From positions 9,113-73,112 of the forward strand of contig JBEEHT010000044.1 in the NCBI GenBank assembly GCA_041167545.1: a DNA stretch of 64,000 nucleotides, written 5' to 3'. Made by a program: the position numbers and the translations under genes. The notes below the pieces were generated by a model, which was not told the origin of the DNA, did no database searches, and saw only the letters and a list, made by a program, of their open reading frames with translations. This document shows, piece by piece, positions 26,285 to 35,433 of this stretch. This DNA is from Verrucomicrobiota bacterium (GTDB lineage Bacteria; Verrucomicrobiota; Verrucomicrobiia; Chthoniobacterales; UBA10450). Position 1 is the stretch's first letter, and each line of letters opens with the position of its first letter.

Positions 26285-27226
26285 ATGATCACACAGGCGT
26301 TCGTCCTCGGCGCCGGATTGGGAATGCGGCTTCGTCCGCTCACGGAGGACCTGCCCAAGCCGCTTATCCCGATTTTCCAGAAACCGCTCATCACGTTCGC
26401 GCTCGATCATCTCATCGGGGCCGGCGTGAAATCATTCGTGATCAACACCCATCACCTCGAGGCGCCATTCAAAACTTTGTTCGCCGACGGGACCTATCGC
26501 GGCCATCCCATTCAATTGGTTCACGAGCCGGAAATCCTCGGGACCGGCGGCGGGATCAAGAATGTCGAGTCGTTGTTGCGTAACGAACCTTTCATTGTTT
26601 ATAGCGGCGACGTCCTGACGGACATTCCGCTGAAACCGTTACTGGACGAGCATCTCCGCGCCGGAAACGATGTCACGCTCGCGTTGCGCGAGACCAAGCA
26701 CGGCGCGGACATGGCGCTCGAGGGCGGCCGCGTCGTGGACATCGAAAATCGTTACGGGCACCCGGGCCTTTATGATTTTGCGGGCGTTTCGGTATGGACG
26801 CCGGCGATTTTCGAGCGGATTCCGCCCGGTCAAAATCTTTCGTTCATCCCGATCCTGGCGGAATGGATTGGAGATGGCGGCAGGATCGGCGGCGTCGTCT
26901 TGAATGAAGGCAACTGGTTCAACATCGGTTCGCGCACCGAATATCTGGCGACCCATCGAGCCATCCAGGAAGAAGCCTGGAAGCCCGATTACCTTGAAGC
27001 GGAGCAATGGCCGATCACGGTTGCCGCCGACGCGCTGGTCGATTCAACCGCGCGTCTGATTGGCGCGTGTTCGATCGGCCCGCGTTGCTTCGTCGGCGCG
27101 GACGCGGTCCTGGAAAATACAATTCTCTGGCCGGGCGCACAAATCGCTTCCCGTTCCCACCTTTGTAATTGTATTGTCCGCTCCCATCGCAAAGCCCAGG
27201 GCGAACTCAGTGACATCGACATCTAA
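26285..27226 (+). CDS. sugar-1-phosphate nucleotidyltransferase, MurU-like (N-acetylmuramate alpha-1-phosphate uridylyltransferase-like)
   Basis: 'MITQAFVLGAGLGMRLRPLTEDLPKPLIPI' (G-x-G-x-R NTP_transferase motif). Followed by and overlapping an AmgK-like kinase gene. Confidence 0.7.
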   Translation: MITQAFVLGAGLGMRLRPLTEDLPKPLIPIFQKPLITFALDHLIGAGVKSFVINTHHLEAPFKTLFADGTYRGHPIQLVHEPEILGTGGGIKNVESLLRNEPFIVYSGDVLTDIPLKPLLDEHLRAGNDVTLALRETKHGADMALEGGRVVDIENRYGHPGLYDFAGVSVWTPAIFERIPPGQNLSFIPILAEWIGDGGRIGGVVLNEGNWFNIGSRTEYLATHRAIQEEAWKPDYLEAEQWPITVAADALVDSTARLIGACSIGPRCFVGADAVLENTILWPGAQIASRSHLCNCIVRSHRKAQGELSDIDI

Positions 27227-28220
27227 TACCGCCAGGACCGCGCTGCTTCTCCGCCAGACCCGGATTCATTTTCCCCGGCTGGAGGAAGCCAAAGTCCGGA
27301 TCACGCCGATCGAGAAGGGCGGATCGGACCGGAAGTTTTATCGCGTCCGCTGTTCGCCCGAGCAGACGATCATCCTCGTTAAGTACAATCTCGAGCGCGA
27401 AGAGAACCGGCATTACGTCCGGATCGCGGAATTCCTTGCCGAGCACAAGATTCGCGCGCCCAAGATTTATTTTCACGACGCCGCGGAAGGCTTGATCTGG
27501 ATCGAAGATCTCGGGAAAGCCGATCTCTGGAGCTATCGCGACGAAAACTGGCTCGTGCGCCGCGCCTTTTACGAATCGGCGCTGGATGAGATCGTAAAGC
27601 TGCATTGCGTGGCCGGGAATGCGGCGAGTGCCATTCAAGAAAATCTGCCGGCTGAGTTCGATGCCGCGCTCTATCGCTGGGAGCAGAATTATTTCGTTGA
27701 AAATTGTCTCAGCCGATTTTTCGGCGTGGCGGAACAGGAGCTTTCGCAATTACTCGCTCTGCCGGCGCTGAACCAAATCGCGAATGAGTTGGCGGACCGG
27801 CCGCGCGTTTTGGTTCATCGCGATTTCCAATCGCAAAACATCATCGTTCGCAACGGCCAGGCGCATCTGATCGACTTTCAAGGAATGCGGCCCGGTCTCG
27901 CGGAGTACGACCTTGCGTCGCTTCTCTTCGATCCTTATGTCACCTTCTCCCGGGCGGAATGCGAGGAGTTGCTGGCCCATTATGAAGCGAAGCGGGCGGC
28001 TGCCGGCCAGCCGGTCGCAGCCGATTTCCGCCAGACGTTCCGTCGCTGCGGCATCCAGCGTCTCATGCAAGCGCTGGGCGCCTACGGTTTCCTCGGCCTG
28101 GTCAAAGGCAACAAGACATTCCTCGATTACATCCCGCCGGCGATGACCTCATTGCGGACGCTTGTCGGCGAGATTAGCGAGCTCAAGGAATTGGGCGCGG
28201 TCCTGGAGCGGATTCAGTAA
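27210..28220 (+). CDS. aminoglycoside-phosphotransferase-fold kinase, AmgK-like (anomeric MurNAc/GlcNAc kinase-like)
   Basis: 'IEKGGSDRKFYRV' and 'LVHRDFQSQNIIV...LIDFQG' (APH/ChoK catalytic loop). A GTG at 27210 gives a 17-nt overlap with the upstream gene. The longer ORF from 27060 would lie inside the murU-like gene. Confidence 0.65.
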   Translation: MTSTSNTARTALLLRQTRIHFPRLEEAKVRITPIEKGGSDRKFYRVRCSPEQTIILVKYNLEREENRHYVRIAEFLAEHKIRAPKIYFHDAAEGLIWIEDLGKADLWSYRDENWLVRRAFYESALDEIVKLHCVAGNAASAIQENLPAEFDAALYRWEQNYFVENCLSRFFGVAEQELSQLLALPALNQIANELADRPRVLVHRDFQSQNIIVRNGQAHLIDFQGMRPGLAEYDLASLLFDPYVTFSRAECEELLAHYEAKRAAAGQPVAADFRQTFRRCGIQRLMQALGAYGFLGLVKGNKTFLDYIPPAMTSLRTLVGEISELKELGAVLERIQ

Positions 28221-28272
28221 TCCTAAATGCATCGTGGCGGTTCGGGTTGGAATCACGTAAGCTGAATCACGC

Positions 28273-28668
28273 ATGAAAAAATCTATCGTATTCTCCACTC
28301 TCGTTGCCGTTGGCCTGGCCGGATTCAGCGCTGCCGCGTCAGGTAATGATCAGGATGAGAACGTTGCTCCCGGTCAGGAACGCTACTACCATCCGCCCGC
28401 CGTTGATAAGTTGATGGCTGAGGTGAACCACCTCAATCACATGATGACTCACGTGGAACGCCTGGTGCGGACTTTCCGCGCGCCACAGGCTATTTCGCGC
28501 AAGTATGAGCACGTGCGGCAGGAAGCCGCCTCCGTAAATTCTCAATTGCGCAGCAAAGCGATCGATCGGGTGCGTTTGCGCAGCGAGATCGAGCGCATGC
28601 ATAAGGAACTTCATCAGATCGAAGAAGAGCTCCACGTTCCCGCCCAGCAACAGTACTCGTGGCGCTAA
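28273..28668 (+). CDS. hypothetical secreted helical protein
   Basis: Signal peptide 'MKKSIVFSTLVAVGLAGFSAAASG'. The rest is predicted helical and charged. No known motif. Confidence 0.5.
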   Translation: MKKSIVFSTLVAVGLAGFSAAASGNDQDENVAPGQERYYHPPAVDKLMAEVNHLNHMMTHVERLVRTFRAPQAISRKYEHVRQEAASVNSQLRSKAIDRVRLRSEIERMHKELHQIEEELHVPAQQQYSWR

Positions 28669-28677
28669 GAGCGTAGA

Positions 28678-29289
28678 TCAGCGCACAAACGGATTCGTCC
28701 GCCGCTCGGCGCCGATGGTCGTCGGCGGTCCGTGGCCCGGCAGCACTGCGACTTCATCGCCCAGCGGATAGAGTTTCTCCTTGATCCCGCTAAACAACAG
28801 GTCGCCATCACCGCCGGGCAGGTCCCAGCGTCCCACTCCACTCGCGAACAAGACATCGCCACCGATCAGCAGATCGTCGGTCCGCAAAAGGAAGCAGAGG
28901 CTTCCCGGACAATGCCCCGGCACTTCGAGCACCTCCATTTCGAGACCGAGAAAATCGCGCGCCGGCGTTGCTGCGATCAGGAAATCGGGTTTGGTGGGCT
29001 CGAGCTCCAATTCGAATCCGAAGCTGCGAAAGAAATCGGGGTCGGAAATCATTGGCGCTGTCTCGGCGTGACATCCGATCTGGCAGCCGAACTGGCGCTT
29101 GATCTTGGCGACGTCGGGCACGTGATCGAAATGCCCATGCGTCAGAAGCAAAAGCTTTGGCGTCACACCTTTCGAGACCAGCCAGTCGCAGGCGCCGTCG
29201 GGCGCGTCGAACAGAATCGGTCCCTGCGGCGCCTCGATCAGGTAGCAATTCGTTTCAAAAATTCCACCGCAGAAAGTCTCGTAACGCAT
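28678..29289 (-). CDS. MBL-fold metallo-hydrolase (glyoxalase II-like)
   Basis: 'LLLTHGHFDHV' (HxHxDH motif), 'PGHCPGS', 'LPGHGPPTTIG'. Confidence 0.8.
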   Translation of the reverse strand: MRYETFCGGIFETNCYLIEAPQGPILFDAPDGACDWLVSKGVTPKLLLLTHGHFDHVPDVAKIKRQFGCQIGCHAETAPMISDPDFFRSFGFELELEPTKPDFLIAATPARDFLGLEMEVLEVPGHCPGSLCFLLRTDDLLIGGDVLFASGVGRWDLPGGDGDLLFSGIKEKLYPLGDEVAVLPGHGPPTTIGAERRTNPFVR

Positions 29290-29462
29290 GATTAGACTGT
29301 AGCGCTACAGGGAATGAAAGCTGCATGCAAGGGGCGCGCTGCCGGTCGTTCTTTGAATGTTCCGGCGGATCGATTGTCTCACTACCTACACATGATCTTC
29401 TCCCTCGCGGTTACCTTGCGTTCAGCGTGAATTCTGCGACTTTTCGAAACCTCTTTTTCCGA

Positions 29463-31667
29463 ATGAAGCCATCTTTCCGCTCGCTATTTCTCCTGCCTGT
29501 CATCATTTCCGCCTTGCTGGCGGCGCCGACCGCCCCTGCGAAATCGGACATGGAGGATGTCGAGCAGTCGGTCGGGCGATTGCTCGAGGAAGGCCATTAC
29601 ACGCACCACGCCCTCAACGATGAGGTTTCGCAAAAATTCCTCCGCACCTATCTCGAGCTGCTCGATTTCAGCCACCTCTTCTTCACCCAGCAGGACGTCG
29701 ATATGCTGACGGCCAAGTACGGAACGTCCCTCGACGACGATGTTTTGCTCAGGAATCTGAGGCCCGCCTACGAAATTTACGACCTCTACACCAAGCGCGT
29801 GGACGAGCGCGTCGCCAAAGTTAAAGAACTCGTGGCGCAGCCGGTCGATTTCAAGCAGGACGCCAATATTGAGCTGAGCCGGCAAAAGGTCCCGTGGCCA
29901 AGGGATGAGGCCGAAGCCGACGCGGTCTGGCGCGGACGGATCGCGAGCGAATTGCTCCAGGAACATTTGAGCGAACATCCCATCGAGCCCGGCCCGAAAT
30001 TGATTGCGCGCCGTTACGAACGCCTCGCTCGCACGGTCCACGAGCAGGACAAGGACGAACAGGTGAAGCTTTTCCTCGACGCGCTCGCGCAGGCTTACGA
30101 CCCGCATTCGGAATATCTGAGCAAAGCCGACTTGAAGAATTTCAGCATCAACATGGGCCTCTCCCTTGTCGGAATCGGCGCGATGCTCCGGACCGAAGAT
30201 GGCTATGCGAAGATCGAGAGCCTGGTGCCGGGCGGGCCGGCGCAAACCGACGGGCGCTTGAAAGTGGGCGACCGCATCACAGCGGTGGCGCAAGGTTCGG
30301 GAGAGTTCAACGACGTTCGCGATATGCGTCTCGACAAGGTGGTCGAGCAAATCCGCGGCAAAAAAGGCACGCATGTCCGGCTCATGGTCATTCCATCGGA
30401 CGCGGCGGATCCGTCGAAGCGCAAGACGGTCGATCTGGTGCGCGACGAGATTAAGCTGAAAGACCAGGAAGCGCGCGCCGACATCATTTTCAAGAAGGAC
30501 GAAAACGGCGAGCCGGTAAAGCTCGGCTGGATCACGCTCCCTTCGTTCTACGCCGACATGGACAAGCACCAGAAGAGCACGACCAAGGACGTGCTTGTGT
30601 TGCTCAAGCGGCTGAAGAAAGAAAACATCGCGGGGCTCGTCGTTGACCTGCGCAGAAACGGCGGCGGTTCGCTTGAAGAAGCGATCGCGTTGACCGGGCT
30701 CTTTTTGAAATCGGGACCGATCGTGCAAACCAAGGGCTCGAATGGAAATATCGTCGTCTCGAGCGACCCCGATCCGGGAATCGCCTACTCGGGGCCAATG
30801 ATCGTGCTGACAAGCCGGCAAAGCGCTTCCGCCAGCGAGATTTTTGCCGCGGCGCTTCAGGATTATGGACGCGCGCTGATCGTGGGCGACAAGAACACGT
30901 TCGGCAAAGGGACCGTGCAAACCATCCTTGAGATCGGCCGGTTCACTTCGCTGCTCGGGAGCCGTTCGCAGGAAGATGGAGCGCTGAAGTTGACCATCCA
31001 GAAATTTTATCGTGTCGCGGGCGGATCCACCCAGCTTCACGGCGTCGCCTCAGATATCGTGTTGCCGACGCTGAGCGACCTGCCGGAATTCGGTGAAGGC
31101 GCGTTGAAAAATTGTCTGCCCTACGACGAAGTGCCCAAGGCGCGATTTACCAAATGGTCCGATGGCCGCGGCTTGTTTGTCGACGAGCTGAAGCGCCGTT
31201 CCCAGGCGCGCGTCCAATCCAATCCTGAATTTGGCTACGTGATGGAAGACATGGGACGGCTCCGGAAGCGCCTGGATGAGAACCGCATTTCGCTGAATGA
31301 AGACGTCCGCAAAAGCGAATTGAGCGAGGACAAACTGCGGAAAGAGACCCGCTCGAAAGAACGCCTCGCGCGCCAGGGCGAAGACATGCAGATGATTCGC
31401 CTCACACTCGATAATGTCGACAAACCGAACCTCCAGCCGATCATTTTCCCGGGAAAACTCGCCGCGAACAAAAAGGGCGGCCCCAAAACGGCGCCGGAAG
31501 CCGCGACCGATTCTGACTCAGACACGGTGACTTCCGATGACGGCACGAAAGAGCCGGCGATCGACCCGGAACGCGACGAGACCCTGAATATTCTGAAGGA
31601 TCTCGTTGATTTGAATCGCGGCCCGACCACCGCGAGCACGACAACCAAACCCGTGGAAACGCACTGA
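29463..31667 (+). CDS. prc: tail-specific (C-terminal processing) protease, family S41, Prc-like
   Basis: Signal peptide 'MKPSFRSLFLLPVIISALLAAPTAPA'. PDZ region 'LVGIGAML...VGDRITAV'. 'LVVDLRRNGGGSLEEA' and 'LTSRQSASASEIFAAALQDYGRALIVG' (Ser/Lys dyad region). Confidence 0.85.
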   Translation: MKPSFRSLFLLPVIISALLAAPTAPAKSDMEDVEQSVGRLLEEGHYTHHALNDEVSQKFLRTYLELLDFSHLFFTQQDVDMLTAKYGTSLDDDVLLRNLRPAYEIYDLYTKRVDERVAKVKELVAQPVDFKQDANIELSRQKVPWPRDEAEADAVWRGRIASELLQEHLSEHPIEPGPKLIARRYERLARTVHEQDKDEQVKLFLDALAQAYDPHSEYLSKADLKNFSINMGLSLVGIGAMLRTEDGYAKIESLVPGGPAQTDGRLKVGDRITAVAQGSGEFNDVRDMRLDKVVEQIRGKKGTHVRLMVIPSDAADPSKRKTVDLVRDEIKLKDQEARADIIFKKDENGEPVKLGWITLPSFYADMDKHQKSTTKDVLVLLKRLKKENIAGLVVDLRRNGGGSLEEAIALTGLFLKSGPIVQTKGSNGNIVVSSDPDPGIAYSGPMIVLTSRQSASASEIFAAALQDYGRALIVGDKNTFGKGTVQTILEIGRFTSLLGSRSQEDGALKLTIQKFYRVAGGSTQLHGVASDIVLPTLSDLPEFGEGALKNCLPYDEVPKARFTKWSDGRGLFVDELKRRSQARVQSNPEFGYVMEDMGRLRKRLDENRISLNEDVRKSELSEDKLRKETRSKERLARQGEDMQMIRLTLDNVDKPNLQPIIFPGKLAANKKGGPKTAPEAATDSDSDTVTSDDGTKEPAIDPERDETLNILKDLVDLNRGPTTASTTTKPVETH

Positions 31668-31708
31668 GCGCCTAGGCGAGGCAATTACTAAGCGCCTGCC
31701 GCCGTCGC

Positions 31709-32004
31709 CTAGCTTCCGGTGGTGATATCGATTTCGTTCGGACGCTCACGTTTCTCGTACGTCAGGGAGGTGCCGCATGAGCCGCAAAACGTGCGATACG
31801 CGCCGGTGTCCGTCTTATAGCGCTTCGGCTCTCCCTTCTTCCAGGCGAACTTCGATAGCTTCACCGTGATCTACACCACCGCCTGTGTCCCAGCTGCCCG
31901 GCGGCAATTCGCGCAATGGCAATTCGCCTGATACAACGGCGGCCCGCTTGCCTGGAAACGCATCCTACCGCAATAGCAACCGTCGATGATGGACGACTTT
32001 TGCA
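31709..32004 (-). pseudogene. decayed GFA-family (glutathione-dependent formaldehyde-activating/CENP-V-like) gene
   Basis: From ATG 32004: 'MQKSSIIDGCYCGRMRFQASGPPLYQANCHCANCRRAAGTQAVV', then an in-frame TAG at 31872-31870. Homology resumes in another frame as 'ELSKFAWKKGEPKRYKTDTGAYRTFCGSCGTSLTYEKRERPNEIDITTGS', then TAG at 31711-31709. Confidence 0.55.
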
Positions 32005-32234
32005 TTTAACGAGACATAAGATCATCGATCGCTGGCAAAGCGCGCCTCGCTGCAAGTTTAATCTGGAAGTCATCGTAAGCTAGAACGCGAGGCGATCAGC
32101 GCTTCGCTGTATTGCCCAGTTAGGCGTTTGGTGACTTTGCAACATCACTCAATAGAGCGGGCATTTCGCCTTCAGCGCTCTTGGCGTCAGTAGGCTCGGG
32201 GATTGCGGCGGCCTTCTGAGGCTGCGCGGTCATT

Positions 32235-33044
32235 TTAGTCGCGAATAACATTCTCCTTACAATTAATGATGTGCAGTTGATCGCCATCCTTCCCAATTCT
32301 CCACAACTGCGAGGCGTTGCCGGTCTTGTCTCCCTTGCCGGCAACAGAGAGCGCGTAACGGAAGGAAAATCTGACAAAAACCGTGTTGCTCGATTCGGAA
32401 GCGTCCTCTCTGATAATATCGATCGCTCCCAACATGAACTTCCTATGCACGTATCGATCAATGTAACTCTTTTGCGACTTACGAATATAATCACGACCCC
32501 TAACTCCCTCATCATAGTAATCCACTTCTGGAGCATAAGTCGCCATCACCGCATCGAGATCACCATTCTCCGTCGCCGCCATGTGCCGCCGCACGAACGC
32601 ACGCGCCTCCTCAGTGCTAACTGCTCCAAGCGCCAACGGTGAAGGCGTTATCTTAAATCGGGAGGTCGTTGAGGTTACTTCCCTCGATATTTCGATTGGC
32701 GGAACGTTCGTAAGGCCTTCATTCGCTACAATGTTGGTTTTGGTCGCCTGACTACCCCGGCCGACCACAACTTTATACTTTCCGGGCGTTATTCCGGTGA
32801 AGACAAACATGCCGCCACGATCCGTGAAAACTGAGGGGTATTGTTCACCCGACAAATCCTCGAGCGCTACCTGCATATTCGGGACAGCGTCGCCGTCCTG
32901 CACGATCTTGCCTCTTACCACCGCGCCGTACTCTGAGGCCTGTCCGTTCAGAGCGATGCACATGGCGATACACAGATACACATATCGCAATCCGACGTTA
33001 GTCGAACGGCAACCGCCAGTTTTCCAAGAGGCAAATATCTTCAC
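32235..33044 (-). CDS. secreted protein with a carboxypeptidase-regulatory-like beta-sandwich and an NTF2/SnoaL-like C-terminal domain
   Basis: 'VVRGKIVQDGDAVPNMQVALEDL...GMFVFTGITPGKYKVVV' (CarboxypepD_reg-like). 'ARAFVRRHMAATENGDLDAVMATYAPEVDYYDEG' (NTF2-like). Lower-G+C segment. Confidence 0.5.
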   Translation of the reverse strand: MKIFASWKTGGCRSTNVGLRYVYLCIAMCIALNGQASEYGAVVRGKIVQDGDAVPNMQVALEDLSGEQYPSVFTDRGGMFVFTGITPGKYKVVVGRGSQATKTNIVANEGLTNVPPIEISREVTSTTSRFKITPSPLALGAVSTEEARAFVRRHMAATENGDLDAVMATYAPEVDYYDEGVRGRDYIRKSQKSYIDRYVHRKFMLGAIDIIREDASESSNTVFVRFSFRYALSVAGKGDKTGNASQLWRIGKDGDQLHIINCKENVIRD

Positions 33045-33742
33045 GGTCCGGAGTCCTTCGTCAGCTCGATTGGATCATCTATCGCCAGTATCCGATTCTT
33101 CTGGTCGATAGTCTTATTATACTGCTTCCCAAGCTTCCCGCTCATAGGTTCAAGATGGACCGTCTCAGGGAAGCAGCCCGGGTTTGAGATCTCAATCGGG
33201 GGCAAACGTGGACTCGTCCCAGATTTATCCCTTACAACTTGAATTTGAAACACACCATCCCGCGTTATCCGCGGTGCCGGGAAGATCGTGATCGAAGCTC
33301 CTTGGAGAGAGGCGTTCCGGCCGTCTTTCAGGCGGATCCTCCCGCTAACGGTCCAAGCCGTTCCCAGATCTTTCGCATCATTGAGCTGGTCTGTAAGTTT
33401 GGCAATCTCGTTGCGAAGTTCGCGTCCGCGGTCTAGCGGTCCGTAGAGGAGTCCGCTGCAGAGGAGTAAGACGAGGAAATAACCGGCAAAAGCGCCTGAC
33501 AAATCCAGACGCAGTCCTTGAAACGGGCCCGTGACAACGGTCTTTTGTTCAAACAGTGCGTACAGAAGAATGGCGGGCACTAGCGGCGTGACGATCAGAA
33601 CTGCTAGACTAATGAGTCCCCACCAGTCGCCGGATAGGAGGGCCAGCTTACCACTCGCGAACCCGCTCATCGTTGGGGTAGAAACAAATTCGTTAGACCA
33701 CAGCAATCCCAGACTGACAAGCAGGCAAAGAGGGGTCTTCAT
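33041..33742 (-). CDS. hypothetical membrane protein (2-3 TM) with a C-terminal beta-sandwich-like domain
   Basis: TM segments 'WWGLISLAVLIVTPLVPAILLYALF' and 'AFAGYFLVLLLCSGLLYG'. C-terminal 'WTVSGRIRLKDGRNASLQGASITIF...PPIEIS'. 4-nt overlap with the downstream gene. Confidence 0.5.
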   Translation of the reverse strand: MKTPLCLLVSLGLLWSNEFVSTPTMSGFASGKLALLSGDWWGLISLAVLIVTPLVPAILLYALFEQKTVVTGPFQGLRLDLSGAFAGYFLVLLLCSGLLYGPLDRGRELRNEIAKLTDQLNDAKDLGTAWTVSGRIRLKDGRNASLQGASITIFPAPRITRDGVFQIQVVRDKSGTSPRLPPIEISNPGCFPETVHLEPMSGKLGKQYNKTIDQKNRILAIDDPIELTKDSGP

Positions 33743-33812
33743 TTCGGCTTCTGACTACTACCCGAGAAAGCCATGTAGTTCGGGTAGAATTGCGGTACAA
33801 CTCGTGGACGAA

Positions 33813-34337
33813 TTACCGTGCGACACCCACCGCGGCGGTGTTGTTGTCCTCCTTGAGTTCCGCCACCGTATTGTCCGGATCAACCTTTAAAACCAAATGG
33901 GGTAACTGCGTTAGGTTTGCTTGAATCGTGGCAGTAAAAGTTCCGCTTTTGGACGCTTGGGGGTCGAGCTTTCCCAAAGGCGACGGTCCGAGAATTGTTC
34001 CTCCCGCGGGGACGTCACCGGCATTGCCGAAGACGGTATCCTTGGAGACGAACGCCTGCACCTTTACGTTGTCCGCATTGCTCGCCGTGGGCCCATCAAG
34101 ATTGACGGGCCCGGTGCCCACGTTGGTGATAGTCCACGAATACTGAATGCGATTGGGAGCGATAAACTCTGCGCTTAATGAGGAAACGACCAGGTCCGGA
34201 ATCAGAAGCGGTTTGGGTGGGGGAGGAAGTTTCACCTGAGCATTGGCGCCGGAGCAGACGCACAAGGCCACGCCGACCGCAAGGAGCTTGAAGGCGGTAA
34301 TGCGGTTGTCTCCCTTAACTAGGAATTTTTCGTTCAT
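33813..34337 (-). CDS. secreted CARDB-like domain protein
   Basis: Signal peptide 'FKLLAVGVALCVCSGANAQ'. 'PDLVVSSLS...YSWTITNVGTGPV...LVLKVDPDNTVAELKEDNN' matches the CARDB pattern. Start at the internal ATG 34337. Confidence 0.6.
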   Translation of the reverse strand: MNEKFLVKGDNRITAFKLLAVGVALCVCSGANAQVKLPPPPKPLLIPDLVVSSLSAEFIAPNRIQYSWTITNVGTGPVNLDGPTASNADNVKVQAFVSKDTVFGNAGDVPAGGTILGPSPLGKLDPQASKSGTFTATIQANLTQLPHLVLKVDPDNTVAELKEDNNTAAVGVAR

Positions 34338-34377
34338 ATGATTTCTACTGGGGATTGGGTTTGTGTTTGCCGGACAA

Positions 34378-34396
34378 ATCAACCGGGCCGGTTGAT
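34378..34396. promoter_or_regulatory. 19-bp perfect palindrome upstream of the CARDB-like gene
   Basis: ATCAACCGG-g-CCGGTTGAT, 41-59 bp upstream of the start at 34337. Confidence 0.3.
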
Positions 34397-34541
34397 GGCA
34401 GTCTGGGTGACGGGGGTCGAATGAGAATCAGACCAAATCCGGCTGGTTGAGGCGAGCCAATTCTTTCGCCGGGCCAGTCTTGGGAAGCGTAAACATGCTT
34501 CCAGCTTGCTCGGAAAAGCCGTAAGCCAGAGACGTGCGCTA

Positions 34542-35336
34542 CTACACCGCAATCGGCGCTTTGATCGCCGGATGCGGGTCGTAGCCGGTGAGCGTGAAAT
34601 CTTCGAACCGGAAGTCGTAGATACTTTTGATCGTGGGAGTCAACTCCATCCGCGGCCGCGGGCGCAGCTCGCGCGTCAATTGCTCGCGCGCCTGGTCGAG
34701 ATGGTTCCGATAGAGATGAAGATCGCCGAAGGTATGAATGAATTCGCCCGGCCGCAGATCGCAGACCTGCGCGACCATCATCGTCAGGAGTGCATACGAC
34801 GCGATGTTGAAGGGAACTCCGAGAAACAAATCGGCGCTGCGTTGGTAAAGTTGGCAGCTCAATTCGCCGTCGCGCACATAAAATTGGAAGAGGACATGGC
34901 ACGCAGGTAGAGCCATCTGATCGAGCTCGGCTACATTCCAGGCGCTCACAATCAGACGCCGGCTTTCCGGGTTTCGCTTGATCTCCGTTATGACGCCGTC
35001 GATTTGATTAATGACCGCGCCCTCAGCGCCACGCCAACCCACCCACTGCGCCCCGTAAACCGGGCCGAGATCGCCATTTTCATCCGCCCATTCGTTCCAG
35101 ATCGTGACGCCCTGCTCGTTCAACGAACGGACGTTCGTGTCGCCGCGCAGGAACCAGAGCAGCTCGTGGATGATCGATCGCAGATGAAGTTTCTTCGTCG
35201 TGAGGAGCGGAAAACTCTCGCGCAAATCGAAACGGGCTTGCGCGCCAAAAACCGAAAGTGTCCCCGTGCCCGTCCGATCCATCCGCGGCTTCCCGTGTTC
35301 GAGGACGAGCCGCAGGAGATCGTGATATTCGCGCAT
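34542..35336 (-). CDS. thyA: thymidylate synthase ThyA
   Basis: 264 aa with '[12 protein letters not shown]', '[17 protein letters not shown]', '[12 protein letters not shown]', '[18 protein letters not shown]'. Confidence 0.95.
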   Translation of the reverse strand: MREYHDLLRLVLEHGKPRMDRTGTGTLSVFGAQARFDLRESFPLLTTKKLHLRSIIHELLWFLRGDTNVRSLNEQGVTIWNEWADENGDLGPVYGAQWVGWRGAEGAVINQIDGVITEIKRNPESRRLIVSAWNVAELDQMALPACHVLFQFYVRDGELSCQLYQRSADLFLGVPFNIASYALLTMMVAQVCDLRPGEFIHTFGDLHLYRNHLDQAREQLTRELRPRPRMELTPTIKSIYDFRFEDFTLTGYDPHPAIKAPIAV

Positions 35337-35433
35337 GCCGGTTCAGATAAACGGGAAAACCGGGCGGATTCAATTTCTCATTTTGTCGGCGCTGGCTGGC
35401 ATCAGGAAACCCCGCGGAAACGATTCAAATGCG

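Noticed and set aside
31870-31872. The in-frame TAG codons in the GFA-like gene might reflect stop-codon recoding.
   Set aside because: TAG terminates several well-supported neighbouring genes, for example at 9725 and 6767. The GFA homology also changes frame, which fits decay rather than recoding.
32120-32233. A 37-codon ORF ('MTAQPQKAAAIPEPTDAKSAEGEMPALLSDVAKSPNA') starts 2 nt after the stop of the last island gene.
   Set aside because: It has no signal peptide, motif or repeat, and only one instance was seen. It may be a chance ORF or a remnant. It is worth a look only if ribosome profiling exists.
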